Shown here: in pieces, positions 1 to 12,115 of the stretch | How positions within the stretch are numbered: the first letter of the stretch is position 1 | How the letters are laid out: every line of letters begins with the position of its first letter | Assembly (NCBI GenBank): GCA_013265495.1 | Contig: MU057521.1 | Coordinates: 868,001-932,000, forward strand | Direction: 5' to 3' | Origin: Vicugna vicugna | Taxonomy: Eukaryota | Length of the DNA: 64,000 nt | Program-made: the position numbers and the translations under genes | Notes under the pieces: model-generated | The model's input: the letters and a program-made list of their open reading frames with translations, nothing else | Told to the model about the DNA's origin: nothing | Database searches by the model: none

Positions 1-1489
1 CTCTGCTTATCTCTATTGCTCATTTAAGTAGATGACAGGGTTAACCTAGTCCCCATTTAACCTCTCAGCGCCATCCAAACATGGCCAGGGAGGAGCGTTC
101 AGTTTTAATATCCCACTTCTCCTAATCCATTATCCATGATAATCCATTGTGTCCCCTGGGTACTTAATCATCAAAGCAACCATAAACCTCTTTTTGAAGA
201 TCAAATGGTTCTTTAATCCATTTACTTACAGTATCCTAAGTTACAGAAAATTAATCAGTAGTGTAAGTGGGCCACTATTCTGAGTTTCTTATGGAGCCTG
301 TTAACAAGGTAACAAATCGGTAATGGCTTTTGTGCCATGTGGGTCAGAATGTGGAACAAATCACCTTGGTTGGTTGCTTTTCGCTGTGCTCTTCATTCTG
401 ACTTGGTCCGTACTGCTGACTTGGCCTGCCTGCCTTCCCAGAATCCCATCGGTGAATTAACAGAACTCAGCCAGACTGAGAGCGAATTGGACTTTAAACT
501 TTCCAGCGAGGGTGCCATTAATTCTCATCTTCCCTTCTGTACCAGGTTAGCTGAAACCATTTAGGGAAATCACCCTAGGTCTTTGAACTCTCAAAGAAGT
601 AAGAAAGCAGTAATTTTCATTAAGCAAAAGCACTACATTCTAGGCTAAGTTTCCAGTTCCCTTTTGTCCTTTTTCATGTCCTCTTCCCTCAGTACTGAGG
701 GACTGTATCAGATTACCCCAAAATGGCCATTGTGACCACTGGGAAGCCTCTTCGCCTCAAGAATACCCCGAGGTCATTACTATGACTCCCTCTACACAAT
801 CATTTCTGAACCACTCAATACAAGAAATTGAGATTTCATATTAACCAGAAATGTTATACTGGTATTATCCTTTATAAGGATTTTCCTTTGCCTGAGGAGC
901 TGGATTAACTTGAACATAGAAAAACTCCTGACTCTGATCACGAGAAGAGGCTTTTTAATTATTCATTATGCTGTAACTAAGTGTTCTTTGGTTAAGGGGG
1001 AAAAAAAATGCCTTCTTCTCAATAAAAACCCATTCACAAGATGGATGATAACCTCTGTATTTTCTATGTCCTTTTGGAATGTCTACTCAACATAACATCT
1101 CTTCATGTGAATTATATATATATATGTACATTTTGATGGTTGAAATGTCAGTCAGGAGGCTGGGAGAAAGACAAGGAATAATAAAATAAACCCAAGGACT
1201 CAAGAAGGAATAGGAACAAGAGTTAAGCAGCCCAAAGGGAACAATGCTGCAGAGTCAGCAACTGGGGGTGGTGAAGGGGCTCAACCAGATGAACTGGTTT
1301 CTGTGGATTGGAACCCAGTTGGTTATCATTTAGCCCTTCTTCTGCCTGCCAGGGATGGGCTCAGTCCAGCTCAGGATGCAAACAGGACACAGAGAAAGAA
1401 GAATTGCTGCTTCTGACCATTCTTGGAGCTCAGTGAAGAACCAGGAGGAATCAGATGCCCAGAGAAGGACATAAAATAGGATGCAGCAC

Positions 1490-1832
1490 TGTTATGAATT
1501 GAATGCTTGTGCTCCTCCAAAATTCACATGTTGAAATCCTTTCCCCCAGTGTGGTGGTATTAGGAAGTGGGACCTTTGGGGAGTGATTAGGTCATAAGGG
1601 TGACATTCTCGTGAATGAGATTAGTGCCCTTATAAAAGAGACCCAGAGAGCTCTTTCCACCACGTGAGGACACAGTGAGAAGCTGTGAACCAGGAAATGG
1701 GTCCTGCCAGTCACTGCATGTGCCGACACCTTGATCTTGGATTTTCCAGCCTCCAGGACTGCAGGAAACGCATGTTGTTGTAGCCAGTCAGTTTACAGTA
1801 TTTCTGTTAAAGCAGCCAAACAGACTGAGCCA
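1490..1832 (+). mobile_element. MaLR solo LTR, MLT1A/MLT1A0-like
   Basis: Starts TGTTATGAATTGAATG. Contains the MLT1A hallmarks ATTAGTGCCCTTATAAAAGAG and CACCTTGATCTTGGA..TTCCAGCCTCCAG. Ends GCAGCC..GACTGAGCCA. Confidence 0.9.
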
Positions 1833-2037
1833 ACTGGGCCTGAGGATGTGGATGAAGCATGCAGCCTTTGCGAACGCCTGTGTCGGAGTCCTCCTCCCTG
1901 AAGCTGGCTGTGGCCCAGTCTTGCAGACCTGGGCTTGCCTCCTGATAGCTGCATTGTGCAGGGTGGGGGTCTTTACGCTGAATAAGTGATTCTGTTGCAC
2001 CCTAAGCATTAGGCCTGAGAAAACCATTGTCAATGAC

Positions 2038-2402
2038 TATTATGGACTGAATGTTTGTGTCCACCAAAATCCATAGGTTGACGTCCTAGCCCTCAGTGTG
2101 ATGGTACTTGGAGACGGGGCCTTTGGGAGGTCATTAGGGTTAGTTGGGGTCATGAGGGTAAATGCCCCATGATGGGATTAGTGTCCTTATAAGAAGGGAG
2201 ACTGGAGAGCTTGTGCCTTCTCTCTGCCATGTGAAGACAAAGTGAGAAGGCAGCCTTCCTCAAGTCAGAAGGAGAGCCCTCACTAGAAACTGAACCTTGA
2301 TCTTGGACTTTCTAGCCTCCAGAATTGCAAGAAAATAAACTCCTGCTGTTTAAGCCACCCAGTCTGTGGCATCTTGTTACGGCAGCTGAGGTGGCTGAGA
2401 CT
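2038..2402 (+). mobile_element. MaLR solo LTR, MLT1A/MLT1B-like, with 5-bp TSD ATGAC
   Basis: TATGGACTGAATGTTTGTGTCC start, CCTTGATCTTGGACTT..AGCCTCCAGAA and TTTAAGCCACCCAGTCTGTGG. ATGAC flanks both ends (2033-2037, 2403-2407). Confidence 0.9.
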
Positions 2403-2793
2403 ATGACTCATTACTGAGACAGGGTCATGATACAGGGGGCTTGTGGGCGCATCCAAGGACGGAACCTGGGGAATCAGGACCAGTGAATCACTATTTCCCT
2501 TGTGCATACATTCTGACTAAGAAGCAAACTTCTGTATAGGGTTTATTCTTCTCATGTTTAAATTCTACTCCAGAGCGAAAGACTCAGGGAAAACTTCCAA
2601 AAGGGCAGAAATCAAAGAGGTGATGATAAGCCTTCAGGAAGCAGAGTACAAGCCTGCATTCACGTCTGGCAGGCATCGTTGTCCTTCGCTTCTCCATGAG
2701 CACCCAGCTAGTCAGCAGTCACACTGCCATCCTTCACACCAAGCCCTCTTTGCTCTCAGCCTGCTCCTGCAGGGGGATTCTAACCACCTTAGC

Positions 2794-2815
2794 TTTTTTT
2801 TTTTTTTTTTTTTTT
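2794..2815. repeat. poly(T) tract
   Basis: Run of 22 T. Confidence 0.95.
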
Positions 2816-2842
2816 AGTTTCTCTATCACTGTGAATACAGGG

Positions 2843-3013
2843 GTCTGATCTGGACTCTAGTTTCCACCATTTACAGCAAAATAACCTTGGGTGTGATTCT
2901 TAGTGACATTAATTTACGCGATCGGTTACAGTACCTTCCTCTTAGGTTTGTAGTGAGAATTTAATGAAATAATGTGTAGAAAACATCTGGACACTATGCT
3001 TGGCAAATGCTCA
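2843..3013 (+). mobile_element. MIR SINE fragment
   Basis: MIR core/tail-like GTACCTTCCTCTTAGGTTTGTAGTGAGAATTTAATGAAATAATGTGTAGAAAACA. Confidence 0.7.
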
Positions 3014-4779
3014 TGTGATGTCCCAAAGGAAGGGGAGGGGGTGTACTAGTGTGGACCTGGGAGCTGAGCCCTCCCAGGGGTGGCACAGAAGCTCTGGAAG
3101 ACAGTATAGAAGAGTAACATGGCACCTCCCTCCGTTACGAGTGAGATTTTGGCCTAGTCATCATGGCCGTTCCTTGTGGATCTCTGGAGCATCTCCAGCA
3201 GCCTGGAGCAGCTCTGCTTCCACTCTTGATTAAGCAGTCAAGAGACGATATTCACAACAAGCACTTTCTAGTTTTTGCCTAAAAGCAACAATTTTTCATT
3301 ATTGCTACTTCTCTTCCGACTGCTAGGGCTCTTAATGGAATTGCAATAGTAATGTTGTCCCAGGGTGATGAGCCTCTACGACTGAATAATATCCCTGGAT
3401 TCTGTCTCTTTTATTAAAAAACATGTAGGACACAGGCTTATATCATGAATGTTAATGTGATCAAGATCGTTGCCCACTGGAAAAAATGTGTTCTAATTGA
3501 GTTGTGGGAAGGTGTGACTTGCCACATCAAATACAAGGAAATCAATAGCCTTCAAAGGATTACAGTTCCCGGAGGCTGAGGGGACAAGAGAAGTAATACA
3601 ATTTTGAAAAAACAGTGCTTTTGATAAAACAGTTTTTTCAAAAATCTCTCCTCCCATTTATAGGATGGGTTCAGTTAAGCATTTTATTTTTCTTATCAAT
3701 CAAGGACCAACGTGATTTGACCAAATGTTGAGTGAACACTAGGTTTCAGTCTCATCACACACATTCTGCAAGCTTGCTTAATGATCAAGCTAGGCATTTT
3801 GCTCAAAGATTTGGTATTTTCCTAAATGGGAATCAGGCCAGGGCATTTATTTAATCTTTATAGACTGAGCTTCCCCTCCCAACCAAACCCTTCTCCCTTC
3901 CATCACCACCATGCTTGGGTGACCCATGCCCTTTATCACATGCCCCTCCCAAAGGAAAATTACATTCCTGCCTCTTCTCTCTGTCCTTCTGTCTTAGCAT
4001 CAATAAGAGATCCCTGCAATTTGCCTTGATTGTGCAAAATGAGAATAGCTACGGTCAAAGTGAGTTAGCAAGTGTTCCCCATGTAAGACAGATAATTCGG
4101 TGATACCCACAACCAAGCAGGTGCTTCACCAGGATTCAAAGTGAGGTATTTATGCTGCATTTATTGACAAGCAATACACTCCTCCAATGGAAACCAAGCA
4201 GTAGCATCGCAGCTTGCAGAATCATAATGTGACATGCAAGGGGATTGCTTTATTAGCCTTGGCCTGGGACCCTGGGAGAGAGGCAAATCAGAGACTGTGC
4301 ACTTGCTCAGTCAGGTATTGATCGAGCAGTGCCTTGTGCCAGCTGGATGCTGTGGGGTTTTCTAGAAGAATAAAACCAAGTCATGGCTTCCGTTCCATGA
4401 GGACAGGCTCTTGTGGGCAAAACAATACTTATTTTCATTCCTCTTGAATGCTAGGCAGTAAGGCACAAATGACTAAAAGCTGCACTGTTCAAATGACTGG
4501 CCCCAGATTTAGAGGTAGAAACTTTTTTGTGGCCATTGAGATGAGTGTATTGAAGTCTTTCTTTGTTACACATGTTTCAGCTGATTACTAGCATCAAGTT
4601 ATCCAATTCTCTGATAGCCCATAAAAACATTTCCAACTGGCTTCCTGCATGTAGACAAAGGAACTAGTTTGAAAACTCAGTTAGAGACATGTAAACAGGA
4701 GTGACAGGAAGTACATGGAATTCCAGATATTACTGTCTCTGTGGATGGGAAATCCGAAACCTTTCACAACTCTTTTCCC

Positions 4780-5255
4780 TTGCCTTCCTGTACAATAGAG
4801 GAAGGAAAGATTCAATGTTTTCTTTCCTAGGTGTGCTTGTGGCTAAAAGGCTATGTAACACAGTTCTAGCCAATGGATAAAAGAAAAAGTCACTGAACAG
4901 AGCTTTCAGGAAAGTTTTTTGAAAGGACAGACTCAGGTAGCACAGCTCCTCAGCCCACCGTCTTCATCCCCTCTTCCTCCCTCCTTTTCTTTCCTAGAAC
5001 AGGCGCGACAGCTGGGGGTGCACCAGCCCTCTGGAGACTGTGAAAATGAAAGCCACTTGCTTTCTGGATGGAGAGGAGGAAGATAAACAGAACTGGGTCC
5101 TTGTAAACATTTCGAATTGCTTCACTTGTCCAGGATCATGTACTCCCGGACCTTCTGTTGCATGTGACAAATGCAGTAAACAAAGTCCTTGCTTGTTTAA
5201 TCCTGTCAGTTAGATGTTCTGTTACTTGCAGCTAAATGCAATCCTAATGGATACA
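4780..5255 (+). mobile_element. Old MaLR LTR, MLT1J/K-like
   Basis: CAGTTCTAGCCAATG motif and the typical 3' end TTCTGTTACTTGCAGCTAAATGCAATCCTAATGGATACA. 5' boundary approximate. Confidence 0.75.
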
Positions 5256-5632
5256 CTCAGAGCATTCAAGGTCTGCTAGCTCAGCTCTATCCGTCTGTCA
5301 TTTATCCTAGTAACAGGTGTTGCATCTGTCTTGGCTGACACCTCCTGCCTGGGCCTCCACTATTGCTGCAGTATTAGACAAAAATCTGTCTCCTGCCAAA
5401 CTTCTTGAAAATAGTGAATTGCAATGGTTATTCCAACTAGGTTTGTGCTTTAAATTCTGAAATCTTTATTTTTCCATTGCCTAACTTACTGAGATTTTTC
5501 TGGGTTTATTCCAAACCTGCTTTTCTTCCTAATATTCCACATCACTTTTATACATGAAATTCTTACAACTTCCACCTGGAGACTGCCAGAGGGGCCAATT
5601 CCAGCTACTCTTTCGATCACAAAGTTAAATGT

Positions 5633-5789
5633 AATTTTAAAAAAAATGAAAATGAATATATGCATGTATATGTGTGACTGGGACATTGCACTGAACACCA
5701 GAAATTGACACATTGTAACTGATGGTACTTCAATTAAAAATAAATAAATAAATAAATAAAATTTAGAACAGTGAAACAGAAAAAAAAAA
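5633..5789 (+). mobile_element. 5'-truncated lineage-specific (camelid-like) LINE-1 3' end
   Basis: TGTGTGACTGGGACATT..ACACCAGAAATTGACACATTGTAACTGA..TACTTCAATTAAAAA followed by (TAAA)n and poly(A). Confidence 0.85.
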
Positions 5790-6271
5790 AAAGCTAAAAT
5801 GTCTTCAAAGACCACCTTCTACACAGAAACTTTTCCAAAAGCAACAGTTTTCATTCAGAACTCTTATAATGGACTTCACAAGCTGTTGAAAGACAGCAGC
5901 CCCTGCTAAAGGCCCATAAATATTTGATGGCCCAATCTTAACTGTTCCTAAAGATGAAACCACTTTATACAGTATCAAATTGTCCCTAAAGACCCTTCTG
6001 TCTGAATAGCAGTTGGCTCTGGCCACTTTACTTGTCATTTGTGGCATCCCACTTTCCCCTTGAGGAACTCAACATGAATCAATAGGAAGCAATCTGTCAA
6101 ATGTATAACATGCTGCTTATCTGTAATTATCTTAAAACCACTATGTGCACGTGCTATGTGTGTGGAAATGGCTGAGAAGCACCATTATCATCTCAGAGAG
6201 AAGGCAAACACTGCCCTTGTGCTGCCCCTACCTCTCTAGAAATAACATCAGCAAAGAGAAAGAGTAATCAG

Positions 6272-6498
6272 AGCTAGCAGTTACTTGGCACTACTACAAG
6301 TCAGGCACTCTGAACACTTTAAATAGAACTCATTTAATCCTCCCAATGATTCTGTCAGGGAGGCACTATTATTATCTTTGTTATACAAATGCAGAAACTG
6401 AGGCACAGAGAAACATAGATACTAAATGGTGGGGCTGAAATTTGAAAGCAGGCAGACAATTCCAAAGTCCATGTCTTCACCACTCTATTTTATTGCCT
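6272..6498 (-). mobile_element. MIR SINE
   Basis: Reverse MIR core CTCATTTAATCCTC..TATTATTATC..AGAAACTGAGGCACAGAGA. Confidence 0.85.
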
Positions 6499-6947
6499 TT
6501 GGTGGACATTCTGAGATGGGCCCACATGATCCTTGCTGTCTGGTATTCATGTCCCTTCCCTTGATTGTCAACTGGACCTATGACTTGCTTTAACCAATAG
6601 AGTATGGCAAAGGTGACCAGATGCTGCTTCCATGACTGCATCACATAAGGAACTGAGAATGGCCTCTAGCCAATGACCAGCAAGGAGTTGAGGCCCTCAG
6701 TTCAAGAACCCTTCAGGAACTGAATCCTACCATACCACACAAGCTTGGAAGTCGATCCTTCCCCAGTCAAGTTTTCAGATGAGACTGAAGCCCTAGCCCA
6801 CACACCTTGTGAAAGTTCCTGAAGCAGAGGGCCCAGCTAATCTAGCCTGGACTTCTGACCCACAGAACCATGAGATAATAAATATGTGTTGCTGAAAGTT
6901 GCTAAGTTTGTGGTAATTTGTTACACAGCAATGGATAACTTATATAC
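6499..6947 (+). mobile_element. MaLR solo LTR, MLT1F-like
   Basis: ATTCTGAGATGG..CCAATAGAGTATGGCAAAGGTGA..GACTTCTGACCCACAGAA..GCTAAGTTTGTGGTAATTTGTTACACAGCAAT. Possible TSD TGCCT on both sides. Confidence 0.85.
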
Positions 6948-7944
6948 TGCCTCTGTGATTAGGTCATACTTTAGAATATAAATCTGGCCCATGAGGAGTT
7001 GTCATTAAATGATAAAAGGTTACCATTGTTTCTGGTTAAAAGCCTGAGGGTGGTGTGGAATGAAGCAAAGAGAGACTATTTGGAGGCCCACAACCAAATC
7101 AATGCTGTGATGTTTGTGAGAAGAGTGTTGACTGCTCTCAACCACAGAACCACCCCCTCTGACCTTGTTCATACCTGACCTTGAGTCTGTAGAGAAAACC
7201 ACCAGAAGACAGCAGACCAGTAAAGAGATGGACTTTATATACTTTTGAAACAATCTGCAATATCTCAGTTTCTAAGGCCATTACTTTTAAGAACTATATG
7301 ATTTTGGCTGTCTTGTTACATTATGTAAGATGACTGAGCATCTGGGATCTAAGAGCTAAGAAAAGGCTGACAACCCAGGATGAGGGAGCCGTACAGGAGT
7401 AACCCAAGCCCCGGGGGGTGTCAGCTGGGGCAGAGGCAAGCATCTAAAAGCAGGACACCAGGGCAGAAGTGCGGGATCTGGGCTGGGCTCAGTGAGTCGG
7501 GCGGGTTTCCAAGGTTGGACTAAGTCATTGGTTCAGAATCCAGGGAGAAAACACTGAGTGGGGGACAGGAAGACATAGAGAAGTTGCAACAAAGGAACAA
7601 ACTGATGGGAAACACCAATAATAAGCCCAGAGCACCCGCAGAAGGAAAGGCCTAGTGACTAAAAGCACCCCTTGGCCTCGGCCCAGTCAAGGGTATCCAC
7701 TTCAGGCCATGTTTGGGGACCGAATTCTAGAAAGACTGGCTGAGAGTCTCATGCAAGAGAGGAATGAGAGCCTCTGACTGGAGAAGAGGTGAGGGGACAG
7801 GAAAAAGGGGAGCTACCTGTATTTTTCTCACTGGTTCTGCCCTCTCATTGAGTCACACGATGATCTTTCTGGACAGCTCCTCTCCAGGACACAGAGGAAA
7901 GACGTGGAAGAACCAGTCACAGCTCATAGTGCTGGGACGCATCT

Positions 7945-8060
7945 CACTCTCACCTCATTTGACAAAGAGAAAACTGAAGCCTGGAGAAGTTAGTATCATG
8001 TCCGGGCTCCCAAAGCCAGTGAGCAGCAGAGCCAGAGCAGGGCTTCAGCCAGGCACCTTT
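7945..8060 (-). mobile_element. MIR fragment
   Basis: CCTCATTTGACAAAGAGAAAACTGAAGCCTGGAGAAGTTAG resembles the reverse MIR core. Confidence 0.65.
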
Positions 8061-8754
8061 CCCCAACACCACCCTTGCCTATTCATCAGCCGGGATCTGG
8101 GCATCTGGGCGTTTGGAGTTTGGAGACAGTGACACTGTGTAGTAAGGGCTAAGTTGCGTGGACAGACTGTAAGAGCTGGAGGAGCTCAGAAGATAAATGA
8201 AAGGGTGCTGGGTAATTAGAGCAGACTCACCAAGAAGGCTCGAGCCAATCTCAGCCATGAAGAACGAAGGGGAACTGCGTATTTTTCTAAGCCCATTTAA
8301 ATTCATTCAGAACCTCTAATCTCCTCCTCCTCAAGACAAGGGCCTTCAGCACTTGAACATCGCTCCAAACATTCCCTTACTTCATATCTTTTAAATGTTC
8401 GTTTCACATATCGCATACAAGGGTTTTTTAAATACACAAGAAAAATTAGCTTATTATCTTGGACAGCCAATCCAACATATTTTAACAACTTGTTCACCAC
8501 TGGCCCTCCATCCCCTATCTTCTGCATTCGTTTTCTTCCTTCTGAGTGTATGTGTCGTTCAGTGGTTCTTTCAGCAAGGGTCTCCGAGGGACAGCACTTT
8601 CAGCCCAGGCGTGCCCTGGATGGCACTTCACCTGGGGAAGGACTTCTAGCATTTACTCTCAGTGCTGTCAATCTGATGGCCGTTCTTCAGCGGGGAGGGG
8701 GACTCTTGGCTGCTTGCTCGTAAGGTTTTTCTTTGTTCTCTCTGCTTGGCGGTT

Positions 8755-9036
8755 TCATTGTGTCTCCACTTGGCTTTTCCCTCACTTCGTTCAGGTCTCT
8801 GCTTAAATGCCACCTCTTCAGAAAGACCTTCCTCAACCCTTCCCTAAAATTGCTCCTCTGAAAGTCTTTTGCTGTGACTTACTTTTCCCCCAGAGCATCT
8901 ATCTGCACTTGAGTTTACATTACATATGTAATGTATGCGTGTTATATGACACATGTGCATTATACATGGGTTCCTCCACTGGGTCCCCTAGAACAGTGCC
9001 TAATGGTTCAATAAATAGCTACTGATAAATGAATGA
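8755..9036 (+). mobile_element. L2 LINE 3' end
   Basis: TTCAGGTCTCTGCTTAAATGCCACCTCTTCAGAAAGACCTTCC..CCTAGAACAGTGCCT..TCAATAAATA..AATGAATGA. Confidence 0.85.
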
Positions 9037-9141
9037 TTATACCTACGTGTAGAGGGTTGTGGTTATTGTTGGATTTATCCTGCTCAGCTCTTTGAACCTT
9101 AATATCCTCCATCTGGAAACATTGGCTTTTCCTACATTGAG

Positions 9142-9621
9142 TGGTTTACTCAGGGCTCTTCAGAGAATCAGAACCAACAGACATAGACATGGGTATAGAT
9201 ATAGATATGGATCACAGATGTAGATTCAGATTTTATATATGTGTGTGTACAGGAAGATTAACAGATGGCTAGAGACTGATTTTAAGGATTTGGCTCATCC
9301 AACTGTGGAGGCATGGTAAGTCCAAAACCTGTGGGATAGGCTGGCAGGCTGGAGACCCAGGAGAGAGCTGCCATTCGAGTCTAAAGGCAGCCTGCAGGCA
9401 GAATTCCCTCCTCTTCCAAGGGTCTCAGTCTTTTTCTATCAAGACCTTCGACTGCTGAGGCCCACCTGCATTATGGAGGGTAATTTGTTTTATTCAAAGT
9501 ATGCTGATTTAAATGTTAACCTCATCTAAAACATACCTTTACAGAAACATACAGAATAATGTTTAATTGATATCTGGGTACCAGGGCCTAGCCAGGTTGA
9601 CACATCACATTGACCGTCACA
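9142..9621 (-). mobile_element. ERVL solo LTR, MLT2B/MLT2C-like
   Basis: Reverse complement begins TGTGACGGTCAATGTGATGTGTCAACCTGGCTAGG. Other end CAGGGCTCTTCAGAGAATCAGAACCAACAG with the typical ATAG/ATAT low-complexity stretch. Confidence 0.9.
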
Positions 9622-10189
9622 GACTCCCACCTGGTAGGAAGTGCTCTGTTTGGGTGGCACAGACTTGCTCGCATTTTGCAAGGCTGCCTCTGTTTGCTCT
9701 TGGGTCTCCTCATGTCCAGTGGGCACCTACCCCTTGGCTCTCCAGTGGCATTATTTCATGCCCAATCTTCTGGCTTCCTGCAAGAATTCCAGTGTCCCAC
9801 CAGGAGGAGGAGAAGCTCTGCAGACCTTCCCAAGAGGCCCCTGAAGTCTGGTGCCTACCACCCTTGTCTGGTCATGAGTTCCAGAGGCCCTGTGACTTCA
9901 ATGTCCCTTCTCACCACCATGAGTTTCCTCTACATTCAGGTTCATAGAGGATGTCCTCTTGTTTTGGAGTGAGGTTGTATATTTTTAAAAATTGAAAGCA
10001 ATATTTCATCTTAAGCAGCTGGAGGGAAGGTGGAAGAATGTGTACATACTCACTCTGACATCTAATTGGAAGTTGGTGGGAATCAAGTAGGTCTAATAGA
10101 GATGGAAAGGCATCCCGGGTAAGCGAAGCTGGAAGATGGATGAGGGTGAGCATGTTACCTGCAGGGGAAAGCTAAGAGCCCTCCTTAAA

Positions 10190-10320
10190 CACACTAATAT
10201 TTGAGCACCTGCCACATGTTGGGGCTGTGCTGTGCAGGACGCCTTAGATACTGATGCACAATACATGGGCACTCCTGTCCTCACAAGTCTCGAAGCCAGA
10301 CTAGGGTGAGCGTGGCAGGC
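10190..10320 (-). mobile_element. L2 3' fragment
   Basis: TATTTGAGCACCTGCCACATG..CCTGTCCTCACAAGTCTC resembles the reverse L2 tail. Confidence 0.55.
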
Positions 10321-10629
10321 AGAGTGGGAAGAGGGATTGGATAACATAGGATCAGATTTAAAACACCTTATAAGTCTGATAAGAGACTTGACTTCTTAAA
10401 ATACAGAGCCACAGGATTTGGGTACATGGAGATTACATGCTGGAAGCTATGTTTCAGAAAGTGAATGAGATAGTGGAAACCTAGAGGCAGGGCATCAGCT
10501 AGGAGTCAATGACATCATTCTTGGTTTGCCTTGGACAGTACAGATTTATGTCTTTTGTCCCAGTATAATTATTTATAGTATCCTTTTTTCACTTTCAAAG
10601 TGTCCTGTTTAGATGATAAATCACCAGCT

Positions 10630-10754
10630 TGCCTAGCTAGAAGCTTGAGAACGTGAGCTTCTTGTGGGCAGGGCCCGTGGTCTCTTTGCCTTTGTGCCTT
10701 GAACATACAGTGCCTGACATATAACAAACATTTCACTGTCTGAAAAATGAATGA
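10630..10754 (+). mobile_element. L2 3' terminus
   Basis: GTGAGCTTCTTGTGGGCAGGG..ACAGTGCCTGACATATAA..AATGAATGA. Confidence 0.75.
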
Positions 10755-10899
10755 CTCTGACCCAGGAATCAGAAAGAGCAATTATGAAGGTAGAGAGAGA
10801 CTAAAACTAATGCAACATTTATGAAACCAAAACTTCAAGGAGGAGGCTGTAGGTAACAGAACCTAGTGTTCCAGGGGAAGCTAGAAGACTAGAAGAGAT

Positions 10900-12115
10900 A
10901 AAATGAACACTTAGAGACATGGCTAATCCCAGGTCTGGGAAAGTGTAAGACCAGCACGGAATGTCTTGAGCCAGAAAGCATGAAAGAGCTGAAAGGCTAA
11001 GTGGGCCTATGTCAAAGGACACAGGGGCTGGCTTACAGGGGATCCCACTGGCCATGTTGGTGTTGATTTGAGCATCAAAAAGAGTAATGATGGCTATGGG
11101 TTATAAAATAGAAAAAAAAAAAAGAAAAGAAATCATGAATCTGTACTGGTATTGGGCAAAAAAAGGATCAGGGAAGGCTCTTTTTCGCCTAAAACACCAG
11201 TCAATAAATGTAGAAAGAACTAGAAAATTGCCATTTTGCAGCCATCAATTCAATGACTGGTTGAGGCAAAGATAATCCATGCATGCTAAAACCACTGGGT
11301 GAAAAGTAGCTGGAAACGGGACAGTCACATGGTCTCAAAATAATACTTGTTAATTCAAATGAGAAAAAGACACTTTCACAATGGAGAAATTTGGCAGACA
11401 ACAACATAGTTACAAGCATATAAATGAATAATGGGATAAAATTGACGTGTACCTCCTGACGCAATGCAACTGGGAGTACACAATGTCATTTAGGTGGTAT
11501 TCTTGCCAAAACACCACATGAAACAATGTTTAATCTGGATCTAAACATGAGGAAACAATCAGATAAATCCAGAATGAAGGACATTCTGCAAGACAAGTGA
11601 CCTGAACTCTTCAACTATCATCAAATTTCACTAAAGACAATGGAACATTCTAGATTCTAGATTAAGGGAGCTTGGAGAAACAAAACAATCCAAGACAATG
11701 CATGAAATTTATTTGGGTCCTGGATTTAAAAGCAACAACAGCAAAACTTTGGAAGACATTTTAGGGGACAATTTAGGGTTTTGTATATGGATCGTTTATT
11801 AAATGATCTTATTGAATCTACATTAAATTCCTTGCAAATAATAATGTATTGTAGTGAATGACTTTTAAAAAATTTTTTGATGATCCATACTCAAATATTT
11901 AGGCTGAAACATTTAGGTGAAATGTCGTGATAAACACAACCTTCTCTCAAATTGCTCTGCCAAACACACACACACGCACACGCATACACACACACAGTAG
12001 AAGAGCAAATGTGGTGAAATGTTGGCAATTTGGTGATGTGAGGTAAAGGACATATGGGTATCATTGTATTATTCTTTTCACTTCTCTGTGAATTGGAAAT
12101 TCAAAATAAAAAAGG
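10900..12115 (+). mobile_element. LINE-1 3' UTR, L1MC3/L1MC4-like
   Basis: ATGTCAAAGGACACAGGGGCTGGCTT..CCCACTGGCCA..TTTGAGCATCAAAA, CTTTCACAATGGAGAAATTTGGCAGACA, and terminal TCATTGTATTATTCTTTTCACTTCTCTGT..TTCAAAATAAAAAA. Confidence 0.85.
11964..11996. repeat. Imperfect (CA)n microsatellite within L1
   Basis: ACACACACACACGCACACGCATACACACACACA. Confidence 0.9.

Noticed and set aside
1..1100. Possible ERV env/internal remnant (ORF 337-564, ELDFKLSSEGAI, faintly like an env immunosuppressive motif; AATAAA...ACA near 1021-1097)
   Set aside because: No CX6CC motif or other retroviral hallmark. Too weak to call without an HMM search.
3359..3399. Mini C/D-box-like motif (GTGATGA..CTGA inside a CCAGGG/CCCTGG stem)
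   Set aside because: Only about 40 nt, the box-to-stem spacing is wrong for a kink-turn, and there is no room for guide sequences.
7310..7760. Possible ancient Gypsy-type/LTR remnant
   Set aside because: Purine-rich and LTR-like in feel, but no diagnostic motif I can name.
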